Below are positions 25,937 to 34,455 of a stretch of DNA of 36,370 bases, piece after piece. Position 1 is the first letter of the stretch; every line of letters starts with the position of its first letter. Location of the stretch: IMG/VR virus record IMGVR_UViG_2617270997_000026. One strand, given 5' to 3'. The position numbers were made by a program, and so were the translations under genes. Under the pieces are notes generated by a model. The model was not told the DNA's origin, did not search any database, and worked only from the letters and a program-made list of their open reading frames with translations. The stretch comes from a virus. Its lineage: Duplodnaviria > Heunggongvirae > Uroviricota > Caudoviricetes.

Positions 25937-26518
25937 CTAAAAAAAGAAGTGTATTATTGCCCAAACAGCTATAACGATGATTCCCAGCCCAAGAGCCGAT
26001 TCTAACTTATCTTTGGCAGTCATTTTTACTGTTGTAGCGGGCGCAGGTAAGTCTTGCTGCTGTGGATTTTCTGTTAGTTGTTTACGAGAAGAAACATCGC
26101 CCCTATTAGTTTGCTTCATGTTGATTACAGATGCGTTATGGGCATTATCAGCAGCAATTGACTGAAGTTTTACAAAAGTTTTTGAATCTGTTTTAGCCAG
26201 AAGTAACCTATTTCCCGTAAACATTGCCTTAAAAGTGATAGTTTTTTTCGTCTTGTCCGCCGCACCAAGCAAACCTCCAATGACCAACCCTGCACCACCA
26301 AAGATTAATCCACCAAGCAAACCTGCGCCTGCCGCCTTACCTATACGGCTTTCCTCTTCACTATCCGCAAGTTCAATCGATAAAAGCTCTTCTTTCAGAT
26401 TTAATACAATATTTTCAGGAAAGCCTTGTTTTGGTTTTTTGGCAAACACGATGGTACCGAACCCCATGCTTGCCCACCCTTTAGGAAAACTTCCTGCGAT
26501 AACCTGAATCCCTGCCAT
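25937..26518 (-). CDS. Glycine-zipper membrane protein with C-terminal tail anchor (accessory, repressor operon)
   Basis: 193 aa from ATG at 26518 (AAGGTG 9 nt upstream); GKAAGAGLLGGLIFGGAGLVIGGLLGAA glycine-zipper segment; C-terminal hydrophobic anchor LGLGIIVIAVWAIIHFFF. Confidence 0.7.
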   Translation of the reverse strand: MAGIQVIAGSFPKGWASMGFGTIVFAKKPKQGFPENIVLNLKEELLSIELADSEEESRIGKAAGAGLLGGLIFGGAGLVIGGLLGAADKTKKTITFKAMFTGNRLLLAKTDSKTFVKLQSIAADNAHNASVINMKQTNRGDVSSRKQLTENPQQQDLPAPATTVKMTAKDKLESALGLGIIVIAVWAIIHFFF

Positions 26519-26608
26519 GTTCATCACCTTTTACATTAAAATTTCAGAACGCAGCATGATGCCGCCTTTGTCTTTTTTCTGATCCCATGGTAATTCAGCT
26601 GTTATTTT

Positions 26609-27595
26609 CTATTTAAGAATAAAACGGTATTTACTGTCAGGAGTGCTTTGCTGATCAAGTAGCAGTGAACGACATGGAGCAGTCAAAACCCGAGCATAAC
26701 TACCATCAGGGCTTATGTTAATGTAACAAACCTTGCCCTTAACACTATAATTTTCGGGGACGGATGCCTTTGCTGATACAGTAAATTTAAGGGTATGCCA
26801 GCCCGTTTTTTGCTTGTAGCTTGAAACCGAATGGAAATCATCTGAGTACTTATTTAACCCTGGAAACATGCTGCGCAGTGCGGGGATGGAATCTTCTATT
26901 ATTTTATCGTTGGTTTTAATGTTAAAAACGCTGGTTTCAGTAGAAGCTACTGCTTTGGCATTTCCCCATTTACCAGCGAACACAATCATTCCCACGAAAA
27001 ATATTGCTACAAGAACTAACACTCCCCCCAACACTACTACATGAGGCTTCCGGCTTCTGGTTGGTACAGTTGCGACTGATTTTGCACCGCTTTCCGATGG
27101 AGGTGATAGAGTTTTACTCTCATCACGAATATTCAGCAGATCATCAAAATAACCAAACACAGCCTGCAACTGCTCTTTGTCTAGGCCTTTAAGATGGGTT
27201 GTACCGAAATGCTTCAGACAGTATCTGTCACGGTCAAGACGATACCCAGGGTCAGTAAGCGCCATTATTTTGCTGACCAGAAGATTACAGTCCTTCATAT
27301 TCTGGATCTGTTGTGCATATCTCTGAAGGATCTCAACCGCACCATGATAATCAGCCGCAGTCATTTCATTAACTGTTTTGGTATTAAGTTTCGTGTGGAT
27401 CGTCATCCATAGCTCGCGCTTACTTTCCCCCAGATCAACCAATTCATCCATCAATCTGTGTAAATCGCGTTTTTGCAGCAACGAAATTGGTTGCTGGGCC
27501 GAAGGAAGTATGTCAGCAGAATAGTTATGAATGGTAACATCACCGCTGACAACGTTACCCACATCCCCGTTAACTGTTTGCTTCTCTTTACTCAT
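26609..27595 (-). CDS. Single-pass membrane protein (accessory, translationally coupled to repressor)
   Basis: 328 aa; ATG at 27595 overlaps repressor TGA (ATGA); one TM helix HVVVLGGVLVLVAIFFVGMIVFAG around residues 183-206; C-terminal about 120-aa extracytoplasmic domain with two Cys. Confidence 0.75.
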   Translation of the reverse strand: MSKEKQTVNGDVGNVVSGDVTIHNYSADILPSAQQPISLLQKRDLHRLMDELVDLGESKRELWMTIHTKLNTKTVNEMTAADYHGAVEILQRYAQQIQNMKDCNLLVSKIMALTDPGYRLDRDRYCLKHFGTTHLKGLDKEQLQAVFGYFDDLLNIRDESKTLSPPSESGAKSVATVPTRSRKPHVVVLGGVLVLVAIFFVGMIVFAGKWGNAKAVASTETSVFNIKTNDKIIEDSIPALRSMFPGLNKYSDDFHSVSSYKQKTGWHTLKFTVSAKASVPENYSVKGKVCYINISPDGSYARVLTAPCRSLLLDQQSTPDSKYRFILK

Positions 27596-28053
27596 CTTCT
27601 CTTGGTATTTTTGTTCATTATTCCACCTGTTCCTATGGTTACGTTACCTTTGATAACATTCCCCAGAACATCTCCATGAATAACCTGTTCCGCCCGTTCT
27701 CTGGAGGAGCCAGTAGTCAAGGCCGACAAAACTGAACCTTTGACCTGTAATGGTGCCTGCCGGTAGTGCTGCAGTAACTCCATTTCATCACGTGATAAAG
27801 TTATACCTGATGACTCCCCGGTAAGAATGAACTGTACATTGGCCCCAATTCTTGCAAAGGCTGCAAGTAACTCACCTCCGGGAACAGCAACCCCTCGTTC
27901 ATATTTCCCCCACATTTCTCTTGAAACGCCACAAAGGGCTGCTACTTCAGCCTGCTTGAGTGATAACCGCGAACGCTCAGCTTTGAACCGCGACGCGCAA
28001 AGAGAATCAAAATTCACATAAACCTCATTGACAATGAGAACAATAGTTCTCAT
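27592..28053 (-). CDS. Immunity repressor (XRE-family HTH, c/cI-like)
   Basis: HTH motif LSLKQAEVAALCGVSREMWGKYERG; divergent from ner-like early operon. ATG at 28053 has no SD (possibly leaderless); alternative GTG at 28017 with GAGG. Confidence 0.8.
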   Translation of the reverse strand: MRTIVLIVNEVYVNFDSLCASRFKAERSRLSLKQAEVAALCGVSREMWGKYERGVAVPGGELLAAFARIGANVQFILTGESSGITLSRDEMELLQHYRQAPLQVKGSVLSALTTGSSRERAEQVIHGDVLGNVIKGNVTIGTGGIMNKNTKRR

Positions 28054-28103
28054 AATCTATCACATATAAAACAAACATCATTGCATCAACAAAGGAGACA
28101 ACA
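28054..28103. promoter_or_regulatory. Immunity switch region (divergent repressor/early promoters, operators expected)
   Basis: 50-bp AT-rich spacer (ctatcacatataaaacaaacatcattgcatcaac) between divergent repressor and ner-like starts. Confidence 0.45.
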
Positions 28104-28292
28104 ATGACTTCCGAACAAGTTAAAAATCTCTTCCGTCAGCGTGGTATCACGTTTACCCGCTGGGCCGAAGAACACGGCTACAGCCGCAATGAGGTCTATC
28201 GTGTTCTCAATGGACAGACCAAAGCTCGTTACGGCAAAGCCCATGAAATTGCCGTAAAACTGGGATTAAAACCCACGTCAAATGCGGCATAA
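28104..28292 (+). CDS. Ner-like small DNA-binding regulator (first early gene)
   Basis: 62 aa; AAGGAG RBS; motif WAEEHGYSRNEVYRVLNG...GKAHEIAVKLGL consistent with Ner/Nlp-type HTH; position as Mu ner. Confidence 0.55.
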   Translation: MTSEQVKNLFRQRGITFTRWAEEHGYSRNEVYRVLNGQTKARYGKAHEIAVKLGLKPTSNAA

Positions 28293-28344
28293 ATTTTCCA
28301 CATATGCAACAGGTTATCACATATTGCAAAAATGGAAATGTGAC

Positions 28345-28653
28345 ATGAGTAAAGTAAATATTTCCAGTTCTGGGACCCGCATCCTACGTGTACTCAAAGC
28401 TCTACGCGGTCATGCTCTGAACGGTGTTTCTAACGGTGAACTGGCATCAGCCCTGGGGGAGTCCCCGGCGAATATCAATCGAGCACTTAATACCCTTATT
28501 GAAGAGGGACTGGCCATGAAATTAGAGAACGGACGTTTCGCACCGGGAATCCAGTTACTACAGATCGCCATGGCTCACAGTCACGAGATGGCGCGTGCAC
28601 AGGATCGTATTAACGAAATCAACCAACGAGTTATTTCAGGTAGTCGTTTGTAA
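28345..28653 (+). CDS. Putative winged-helix DNA-binding protein
   Basis: About 103 aa from ATG 28345 (track start 28282 overlaps ner-like gene); RILRVLKALRGHALNGVSNGELASALGESPANINRALNTLIEEGLA resembles IclR/MarR-type wHTH. Start uncertain. Confidence 0.45.
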   Translation: MSKVNISSSGTRILRVLKALRGHALNGVSNGELASALGESPANINRALNTLIEEGLAMKLENGRFAPGIQLLQIAMAHSHEMARAQDRINEINQRVISGSRL

Positions 28654-28663
28654 GGAGTAATCA

Positions 28664-29578
28664 ATGGGACGCACCAAATCACCCGTTAACACTGAACTGA
28701 ATGTTGAGGTTCCGCTGTCAGATAACATCAATGTCAATTTGAACGCTATGACACAGCATCGCATGGAAATTATGCAGCAGTTTGGTGATGGACTGCCTTA
28801 TGAACGTGATCGCATTGTTCACGAAGCACGTTTTTATATGGCGCAGAGTGCTGAATCTATGCTGGAAGCGGGTAAGCGGCTGATCATCTTAAAAGAAAAT
28901 GAGCCACACGGTGATTTTACAAACATTTTAGAAAATGAACTCGGACTTGCACCACAAGTTGCTCGCCGCATGATGCAAGCCAGTATGAAGTTTTTGGGAG
29001 AAGGTGATGAGCCAACAAAACGCTCAACGTTGAGCGTTTTGGGGAAAGCCAAACTGTACGACCTGATGGTTCTGGATAATGAAGAACTTGATGAATTGGC
29101 CGACGGCGGCACAGTTGCCGGCCTGACGCTTGACGACGTTGATCGCATGTCAGTACGTGAATTGCGTCAGGCCCTGCGCGAAGCGCGCGAAACCAACGCA
29201 GCACAACAGCGCGTACTCGCTGACAAAAATGAAAAAATAGACTCACTCTCCACCAGACTGGAGAAGAAATCCCGTATTCAGTCGCCTGAGCCTGATGAAG
29301 AGGTTAAGAAGCTGCGGGCGGAAGTGACAGCATTAGCGGTTGAGGCGGAATCTGCTATCGCCGTTCGACTGTCCAGCGCTTTTGAGACGCTGTGCGCATA
29401 TTGTGCTGAAAACATGATTGATACCCCCAGAGACTTCATGGCAGGCCTGGTCTGTCAACTGGAAAGCACAGCGCGTAGCCTGCGCTCCACATTTGACCTG
29501 CCGGATGAGCCAACAGGCAATGCCGCGCCTTCATGGCTGACTGAGCCGACGCCACAGATTAACGGGCTGGAGGCATAA
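28664..29578 (+). CDS. Conserved early protein, function unknown (possibly DUF3102-like)
   Basis: 304 aa; AAGGAG RBS; helical and acidic; immediately upstream of transposase. Confidence 0.55.
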   Translation: MGRTKSPVNTELNVEVPLSDNINVNLNAMTQHRMEIMQQFGDGLPYERDRIVHEARFYMAQSAESMLEAGKRLIILKENEPHGDFTNILENELGLAPQVARRMMQASMKFLGEGDEPTKRSTLSVLGKAKLYDLMVLDNEELDELADGGTVAGLTLDDVDRMSVRELRQALREARETNAAQQRVLADKNEKIDSLSTRLEKKSRIQSPEPDEEVKKLRAEVTALAVEAESAIAVRLSSAFETLCAYCAENMIDTPRDFMAGLVCQLESTARSLRSTFDLPDEPTGNAAPSWLTEPTPQINGLEA

Positions 29579-29581
29579 CCA

Positions 29582-31351
29582 ATGAATGCTGCCCTGACTG
29601 AACGACTGGTTTATGTCGCCCGCGCGGCACGTGACGCGGGGCATGGTAAACGCGGTGCAATATACGACGCTGCCTGTGCTGAACTTGGCATGTCCCGCGC
29701 CACTCTGCTGCGCAGGCTGAAGGAGGTCTCTGTGACTGATAAACGCAAAAAACGCGCTGATGCCGGACGCAGCGCCCTGACCCGCGACGAAGCCGCGCTG
29801 ATATCTGCCACACTGCGTGAGGCCACCCGCAAGAACGGTAAACGCCTCTATTCCATCGCAGATGCAGTGGAAACCCTGCGGGCTAACGGCTTTATCACCG
29901 CAGGCAGAACAGATGAAACCACCGGTGAGTTTTTCCCGTTGTCTGAAGATGCCATCAGCCGTGCTCTGCGTAACTATGGCCTGCACCCGGAACAACTGGA
30001 TGCTCCTGCACCGCATACCGAAGTGGCCAGTCTGCACCCCAATCATGTCTGGCAGATTGACGCCTCACTCTGCACGCTTTACTACCTGAGCAATGGACAT
30101 AAAGGGCTGCAGGTGATGGACAGCGCGAAGTTCTACAAGAACAAGCCCGCTAACCTTGCCCGTATCGCCAGTGACCGCGTGTGGAGTTACGAGATTACCG
30201 ACCATGCCAGCGGCTGGATTTACGTTGAGTATGTGACGGGCGCGGAATCAGGTGAGAACCTGTGTTCTGTGCTTATCAACGCCATGCAGGAGCGTGGCGG
30301 CGCAGACGTGCTGCACGGCGTGCCAAAAATACTCTATCTCGACCCCGGCTCGGCAAACACCGCGGGTATGACGAAAAACATGTGCCGCTCACTGGGCATC
30401 GACCTGATAGCGCACAAGCCGCATAACGCCCGCGCCACCGGACAGGTGGAAAAGGCGCGGGACATTATCGAACGCAAGCTGGAGCCGGGTCTGAAGTTCC
30501 GGCCGGTTCACAGTCTGGAAGAACTCAATGCGCTGGCCGCGAAATGGCGCAGCCACTTTAACGCCACGGCTGTTCACAGCCGCCACGGTAAAACCCGCAC
30601 GGATATCTGGCTGAAGATTACTGCTGAGCAGCTGAAAAAAGCGCCTTCCGTTGAGGTATGTCGTGAACTGGCTGTGGCGGCACCAGAACTCCGCAAAGTC
30701 ACGCCAAAACTTCGTGTCTCGTTCCGGGGCACTGAATTTGACGTATCAACGGTACCGGGCGTACTGGTCGGTGAAAAACTGATGATTACCCGTAACCCGT
30801 GGCGCAGCGATGTGGCACAGGTGGTTCTGACCGGTGAGGACGGCCACGAGACGTTCTTCCTGGTCGAAGAAGTCAGAAAGAACGAGTTTGGCTTTGCTGA
30901 AGGCGCGGCGGTATTTGGCGAAAGTTACAAAGCCCTGCCGGAAACCCCGGCGCAGATGGCGGCAAAAGAAACCGAAGCGCTGGTCACCGGTACAGACAAC
31001 GCCGCAGATGCAGCTGCCGCACGCAAGGCGAAGGCGCTGCCGTTCGGCGGGCGGCTTGACCCATATAAACATATTGATGACGCCACACTTCCGGCCTATA
31101 TGCCGAAGCGAGGTCAGGCCTCTGACGTACGCGGGCCGCGCACTGAACAACGTCCCATGACTCATGTGGAGGCCGCGAAAGCCCTGCGCGATAAGTTCAG
31201 CGCCGACGGCCTTACCTGGACGCCGGAACATTACCGCCAGTTAACGGCACAGTATCCGGACGGCGTACCGGAAGCCGCACTGGATGAAGTCATGGCCACG
31301 CTGACCACGCCGGCCCGCAGCAGCGTTATCAGCATTGTTAACGGCAACTGA
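29582..31351 (+). CDS. Transposase, DDE / retroviral-integrase-fold (Mu A functional equivalent)
   Basis: 589 aa; GGAGG RBS; catalytic triad candidates HVWQIDAS, ILYLDPGSANT, TGQVEKARD with typical rve spacing; followed by AAA+ helper gene. Confidence 0.8.
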   Translation: MNAALTERLVYVARAARDAGHGKRGAIYDAACAELGMSRATLLRRLKEVSVTDKRKKRADAGRSALTRDEAALISATLREATRKNGKRLYSIADAVETLRANGFITAGRTDETTGEFFPLSEDAISRALRNYGLHPEQLDAPAPHTEVASLHPNHVWQIDASLCTLYYLSNGHKGLQVMDSAKFYKNKPANLARIASDRVWSYEITDHASGWIYVEYVTGAESGENLCSVLINAMQERGGADVLHGVPKILYLDPGSANTAGMTKNMCRSLGIDLIAHKPHNARATGQVEKARDIIERKLEPGLKFRPVHSLEELNALAAKWRSHFNATAVHSRHGKTRTDIWLKITAEQLKKAPSVEVCRELAVAAPELRKVTPKLRVSFRGTEFDVSTVPGVLVGEKLMITRNPWRSDVAQVVLTGEDGHETFFLVEEVRKNEFGFAEGAAVFGESYKALPETPAQMAAKETEALVTGTDNAADAAAARKAKALPFGGRLDPYKHIDDATLPAYMPKRGQASDVRGPRTEQRPMTHVEAAKALRDKFSADGLTWTPEHYRQLTAQYPDGVPEAALDEVMATLTTPARSSVISIVNGN

Positions 31352-31361
31352 GGAGGGATAC

Positions 31362-32528
31362 ATGCTGGTACTGAAGCAGCAACTGAAAGAGGCCCGTATT
31401 CCACAGGCGGTGGTGGCGAGAGCTGTCGATGTTTCTGAGGCCACGCTGGCCCAGATTGTGAATCATAACGCGTGGCCCCGCACCAGCCCCGGAGAAGTGC
31501 GCCGGCGTCTTGCGTCCTGGCTGGAAAGTCAGGGGATTGATACAACGAAGAGTTTTGATGCTGTACAGGGCGCGGCCACGCCCCGTACAGCGGGTACCAC
31601 AGATAAAACGAGCCTCAGTGAGGAAGAGAATATGTTACTCAAAAAACAGGTGTTATTTCCAGCAACCAAAAAAGCGTTTGGTCTTTTCCGTGACCCGTTC
31701 GCCGACGAAGCCATGCAGGGTTCTGATGATGTGTTCACCACTCCGGACATTCGCTACGTGCGTGAGGCGCTGTACCAGACAGCCCGTCATGGTGGGTTTA
31801 TGGCCGTCATCGGTGAGTCCGGTGCGGGTAAATCCACGCTGCGCCGTGACCTGACTGAACGTATCAACCGCGAGAATGCGCCGGTGATTGTTATCGAGCC
31901 ATACATCATCGCTATGGAAGACAACGATGTGAAAGGGAAAACCCTGAAGGCAGCAGCGATTGCCGAAGCCATTATCAGTACCATCGCACCACTGGAAAGC
32001 ATCAGACGCAGTCAGGACGCCCGCTTTCGCCAGCTGCATCGCGTCCTGAAAGACAGCAGCCAGGCGGGGTTCAGCCACGTTCTGGTGATTGAGGAGGCCC
32101 ACAGTCTGCCCATTCCGACACTGAAACACCTCAAACGCTTTTTTGAGCTGGAGTCCGGTTTCAAAAAACTGCTGTCCATCGTACTGATTGGCCAGCCGGA
32201 ACTGGCGACAAAACTGTCTGAACGCAATATGGAAGTCCGTGAAGTCGTTCAGCGCTGTGAGGTGGTCGAACTTCTGCCTCTGGACAATAACCTTGAAGAG
32301 TTTCTGACGTTCAAACTGCAACGGGCCGGTAAACAACTGACGGACATTATGGACGCCAGCGCAGTGGATGCCATACGTGCCCGCCTGAGCAATCCGGGAA
32401 GTCATCGTAAAAATATGGTCAGCCTGCTGTATCCGCTGGCCGTCAGTAACCTGGTAATAGCCGCCATGAATCTGGCCGCTGAAATCGGGGTTCCACAGGT
32501 CAACGCTGACGTTGTCAAAGGGGTTTAA
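31362..32528 (+). CDS. Transposition helper ATPase (MuB-like AAA+ protein)
   Basis: 388 aa from ATG 31362 after GAGGAGGG; N-terminal HTH-like segment, Walker A GESGAGKST, Walker B VLVIEEAH; directly downstream of transposase. Confidence 0.75.
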   Translation: MLVLKQQLKEARIPQAVVARAVDVSEATLAQIVNHNAWPRTSPGEVRRRLASWLESQGIDTTKSFDAVQGAATPRTAGTTDKTSLSEEENMLLKKQVLFPATKKAFGLFRDPFADEAMQGSDDVFTTPDIRYVREALYQTARHGGFMAVIGESGAGKSTLRRDLTERINRENAPVIVIEPYIIAMEDNDVKGKTLKAAAIAEAIISTIAPLESIRRSQDARFRQLHRVLKDSSQAGFSHVLVIEEAHSLPIPTLKHLKRFFELESGFKKLLSIVLIGQPELATKLSERNMEVREVVQRCEVVELLPLDNNLEEFLTFKLQRAGKQLTDIMDASAVDAIRARLSNPGSHRKNMVSLLYPLAVSNLVIAAMNLAAEIGVPQVNADVVKGV

Positions 32529-32530
32529 TA

Positions 32531-32800
32531 ATGAAATCCACCACAGGTATCAACCAGCAAATCAGCAAAGTGCAGTCAGCCATTATGGCGCTTAAGGCGA
32601 CGAACACGGATGTACAAAGCATCACCATCAGGGGTAACAAACCTGTCATCCGCGTTTCCCGGAGTGCGCATTGCATGCGCATGCTTGAGCAGGGAAAGGC
32701 CTGTTATCTGTATACCGGACATGACCACAGGGGATATTTCCGTCAGGGCGTTTTCGAACTGCACGGCTGTCGCGTCGTGTGGCCGGAATCTTTGTGGTAA
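32531..32800 (+). CDS. Hypothetical early protein (Mu kil position)
   Basis: 89 aa immediately after B-like gene; no recognisable motif. Confidence 0.5.
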   Translation: MKSTTGINQQISKVQSAIMALKATNTDVQSITIRGNKPVIRVSRSAHCMRMLEQGKACYLYTGHDHRGYFRQGVFELHGCRVVWPESLW

Positions 32801-32827
32801 TCAGCACAACTGGAGAAATCATAAAAA

Positions 32828-33358
32828 ATGGCAAAAAGTACAAAAGGTGCAAAACGTATCAAGGCCGCAGCAGCACTCTGGGTGCCGGGGACACGTGAAG
32901 AGGTCATTGAGGGAATCAGACTACTCGGTGACGCACAACGTGAACTGGTCAGGGCTGAAACAGAAATGAATGACGCCATTGGCGATATCACCGCACGTTA
33001 TGCCCCGCTCACCGAGAGCCTGAAAAAACGCATGGCCGAACTGCAGTCCGGTATTCAGACATGGTGTGAGGCACACCGTGATGAACTGACCGGCAACGGG
33101 AAGGTGAAGTTCGCTAACCTCACCACCGGCGAGGTGCAGTGGCGAAACCGTCCGCCATCAGTCAGTATCCGTGGGGCGGATAATGTTATTGAATTACTGA
33201 GACGTCTGGGGCTTGAGCGCTTTATTCGTGTAAAAGAGGAAATAAATAAAGACGCTATCCTGAATGAAAAAGAGGCCGTGAAAAATATTCCCGGTATTTC
33301 CATTAAAAGCGACATTGAGGATTTTTCAATAATTCCTTTTGAGCAGGATGTGCAGTAA
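32828..33358 (+). CDS. gam: Host-nuclease inhibitor Gam (Mu Gam-like, Ku-like DNA end binding)
   Basis: 176 aa; MAKSTKGAKRIKAAAA... N-terminus and C-terminal SIRG..LGLERFIR.KEEINKDAIL...IEDFSIIPFEQ closely match Mu Gam as I remember it. Confidence 0.8.
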   Translation: MAKSTKGAKRIKAAAALWVPGTREEVIEGIRLLGDAQRELVRAETEMNDAIGDITARYAPLTESLKKRMAELQSGIQTWCEAHRDELTGNGKVKFANLTTGEVQWRNRPPSVSIRGADNVIELLRRLGLERFIRVKEEINKDAILNEKEAVKNIPGISIKSDIEDFSIIPFEQDVQ

Positions 33359-33455
33359 ACACACCACGTTAATTATTTAATAAAAACATTTTCTTTTTTA
33401 TTCCGGCGTCAGCGCCGCGGGCTTCTGCACGCCGGAAACAGAGGAGAATTAAATC

Positions 33456-33650
33456 ATGATATTTAAATGTATTCAGTGCGAGAGGGATATAACAGCCCTG
33501 CGTTTTCACAGCGCCATCGCCGTGATGTCCGGTAAATACCACATCCCTGCGGTACGCGTCACCCTGGTCTGCCCGTACTGCAGCCAGCATTTTTCGGCAG
33601 ACGTGCCCGTCATGGAATTCTCCCGCCCTGACAGGGAGGACTCGCAATGA
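33456..33650 (+). CDS. Small zinc-ribbon protein
   Basis: 64 aa; GAGGAGAA RBS; CxxC (CIQC) and CxxC (CPYC) pairs. Confidence 0.5.
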   Translation: MIFKCIQCERDITALRFHSAIAVMSGKYHIPAVRVTLVCPYCSQHFSADVPVMEFSRPDREDSQ

Positions 33651-33919
33651 TTACCCCACAGGAAGCACGACAGCGCACCCGAACCCTTGTTGAACACTAT
33701 GTCAACGAGTGTGAATGCCGCGACCTCACCGATGTGAAGCACGTCCTGACGGCGCTAATCAGCATGACCGCTCAGGCCATTGTGGCGACCAACGGAAAGG
33801 CGGCTGCCCTGCAGGTACTGGTGAACACACTCACCCACACGGCAGAGCATGAGGTGCCGTACCGGATGGAAACCACTGCAGAAGGCGGCCTGCACATCAC
33901 CGTCAGCCGGAAGCACTGA
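33647..33919 (+). CDS. Hypothetical early protein
   Basis: 90 aa; ATGA overlap with upstream gene. Confidence 0.45.
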   Translation: MITPQEARQRTRTLVEHYVNECECRDLTDVKHVLTALISMTAQAIVATNGKAAALQVLVNTLTHTAEHEVPYRMETTAEGGLHITVSRKH

Positions 33920-33928
33920 GGGCGCGGC

Positions 33929-34225
33929 ATGACACGGAACACCATACTCACCCGCACCGCCCTCTACCGTCTGGCCCTGCAGCGTTTCGGGCCGGACGCA
34001 CAGGCCCTGAAACTGACAGAAGAGGCCGCTGAACTGGCGGCCAGTGCTGCCCGCAATCTGAACGGACAGGGCAGCGAAAGTGACCTCGCGGCAGAGCTGG
34101 CAGACGTGGAAATCATGACAGAGCAATTGCGCCTTCAGGGGATGGACCGGCTGATTGACTTCCACAAACAGAAAAAACTGGAACGTCTGGCTGCACGACT
34201 GGGCGTGATTTACACGAACGAGTAA
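33929..34225 (+). CDS. MazG-like all-alpha nucleotide pyrophosphohydrolase family protein (putative)
   Basis: 98 aa; GAGGG RBS; motifs KLTEEAAELAASAAR and AAELADVEIMTEQL match EExxE / ExxD metal-binding helices of small MazG/HisE-type NTP-PPases. Confidence 0.5.
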   Translation: MTRNTILTRTALYRLALQRFGPDAQALKLTEEAAELAASAARNLNGQGSESDLAAELADVEIMTEQLRLQGMDRLIDFHKQKKLERLAARLGVIYTNE

Positions 34226-34239
34226 CCGGGAGGCATTCA

Positions 34240-34455
34240 ATGGCTGACATACTCAGGGAAATCACCGCATGGACACTGATTCTTACTGGCCTGGCGACAT
34301 GCCTCAGTGCGGGGGCAGCCCTGGCTGCCCTGCTGATGCACATAACAACACAGTGGTTATGGGAAAAGCTTAAAGCAGCATACAGCCTGAAAGAGCTGTC
34401 CGACGCTGTCCGGGCATGGAAACGGCAGAAAAATACCGGAGATACAGAACAATGA
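34240..34455 (+). CDS. Small membrane protein
   Basis: 71 aa; GGGAGG RBS; one TM helix ITAWTLILTGLATCLSAGAALAALLM. Confidence 0.45.
   Translation: MADILREITAWTLILTGLATCLSAGAALAALLMHITTQWLWEKLKAAYSLKELSDAVRAWKRQKNTGDTEQ

Noticed and set aside
25293-27595. Possibility that the prophage ends here and two separate elements abut
   Set aside because: The only non-coding spaces are 130, 37 and 90 bp, too short for Mu-type ends with multiple transposase-binding sites, and the repressor is translationally coupled to the next gene.
28036-28051. Perfect inverted repeat GAGAAC-aata-GTTCTC overlapping the repressor start codon, considered as an operator
   Set aside because: A 6-bp-arm palindrome with 4-bp spacer is expected several times by chance in 36 kb and no second copy was seen in the switch region; recorded as a possibility only.
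31653-32405. 250-aa minus-strand ORF
   Set aside because: Antisense to the MuB-like ATPase gene, which carries Walker A and B motifs in the plus frame.
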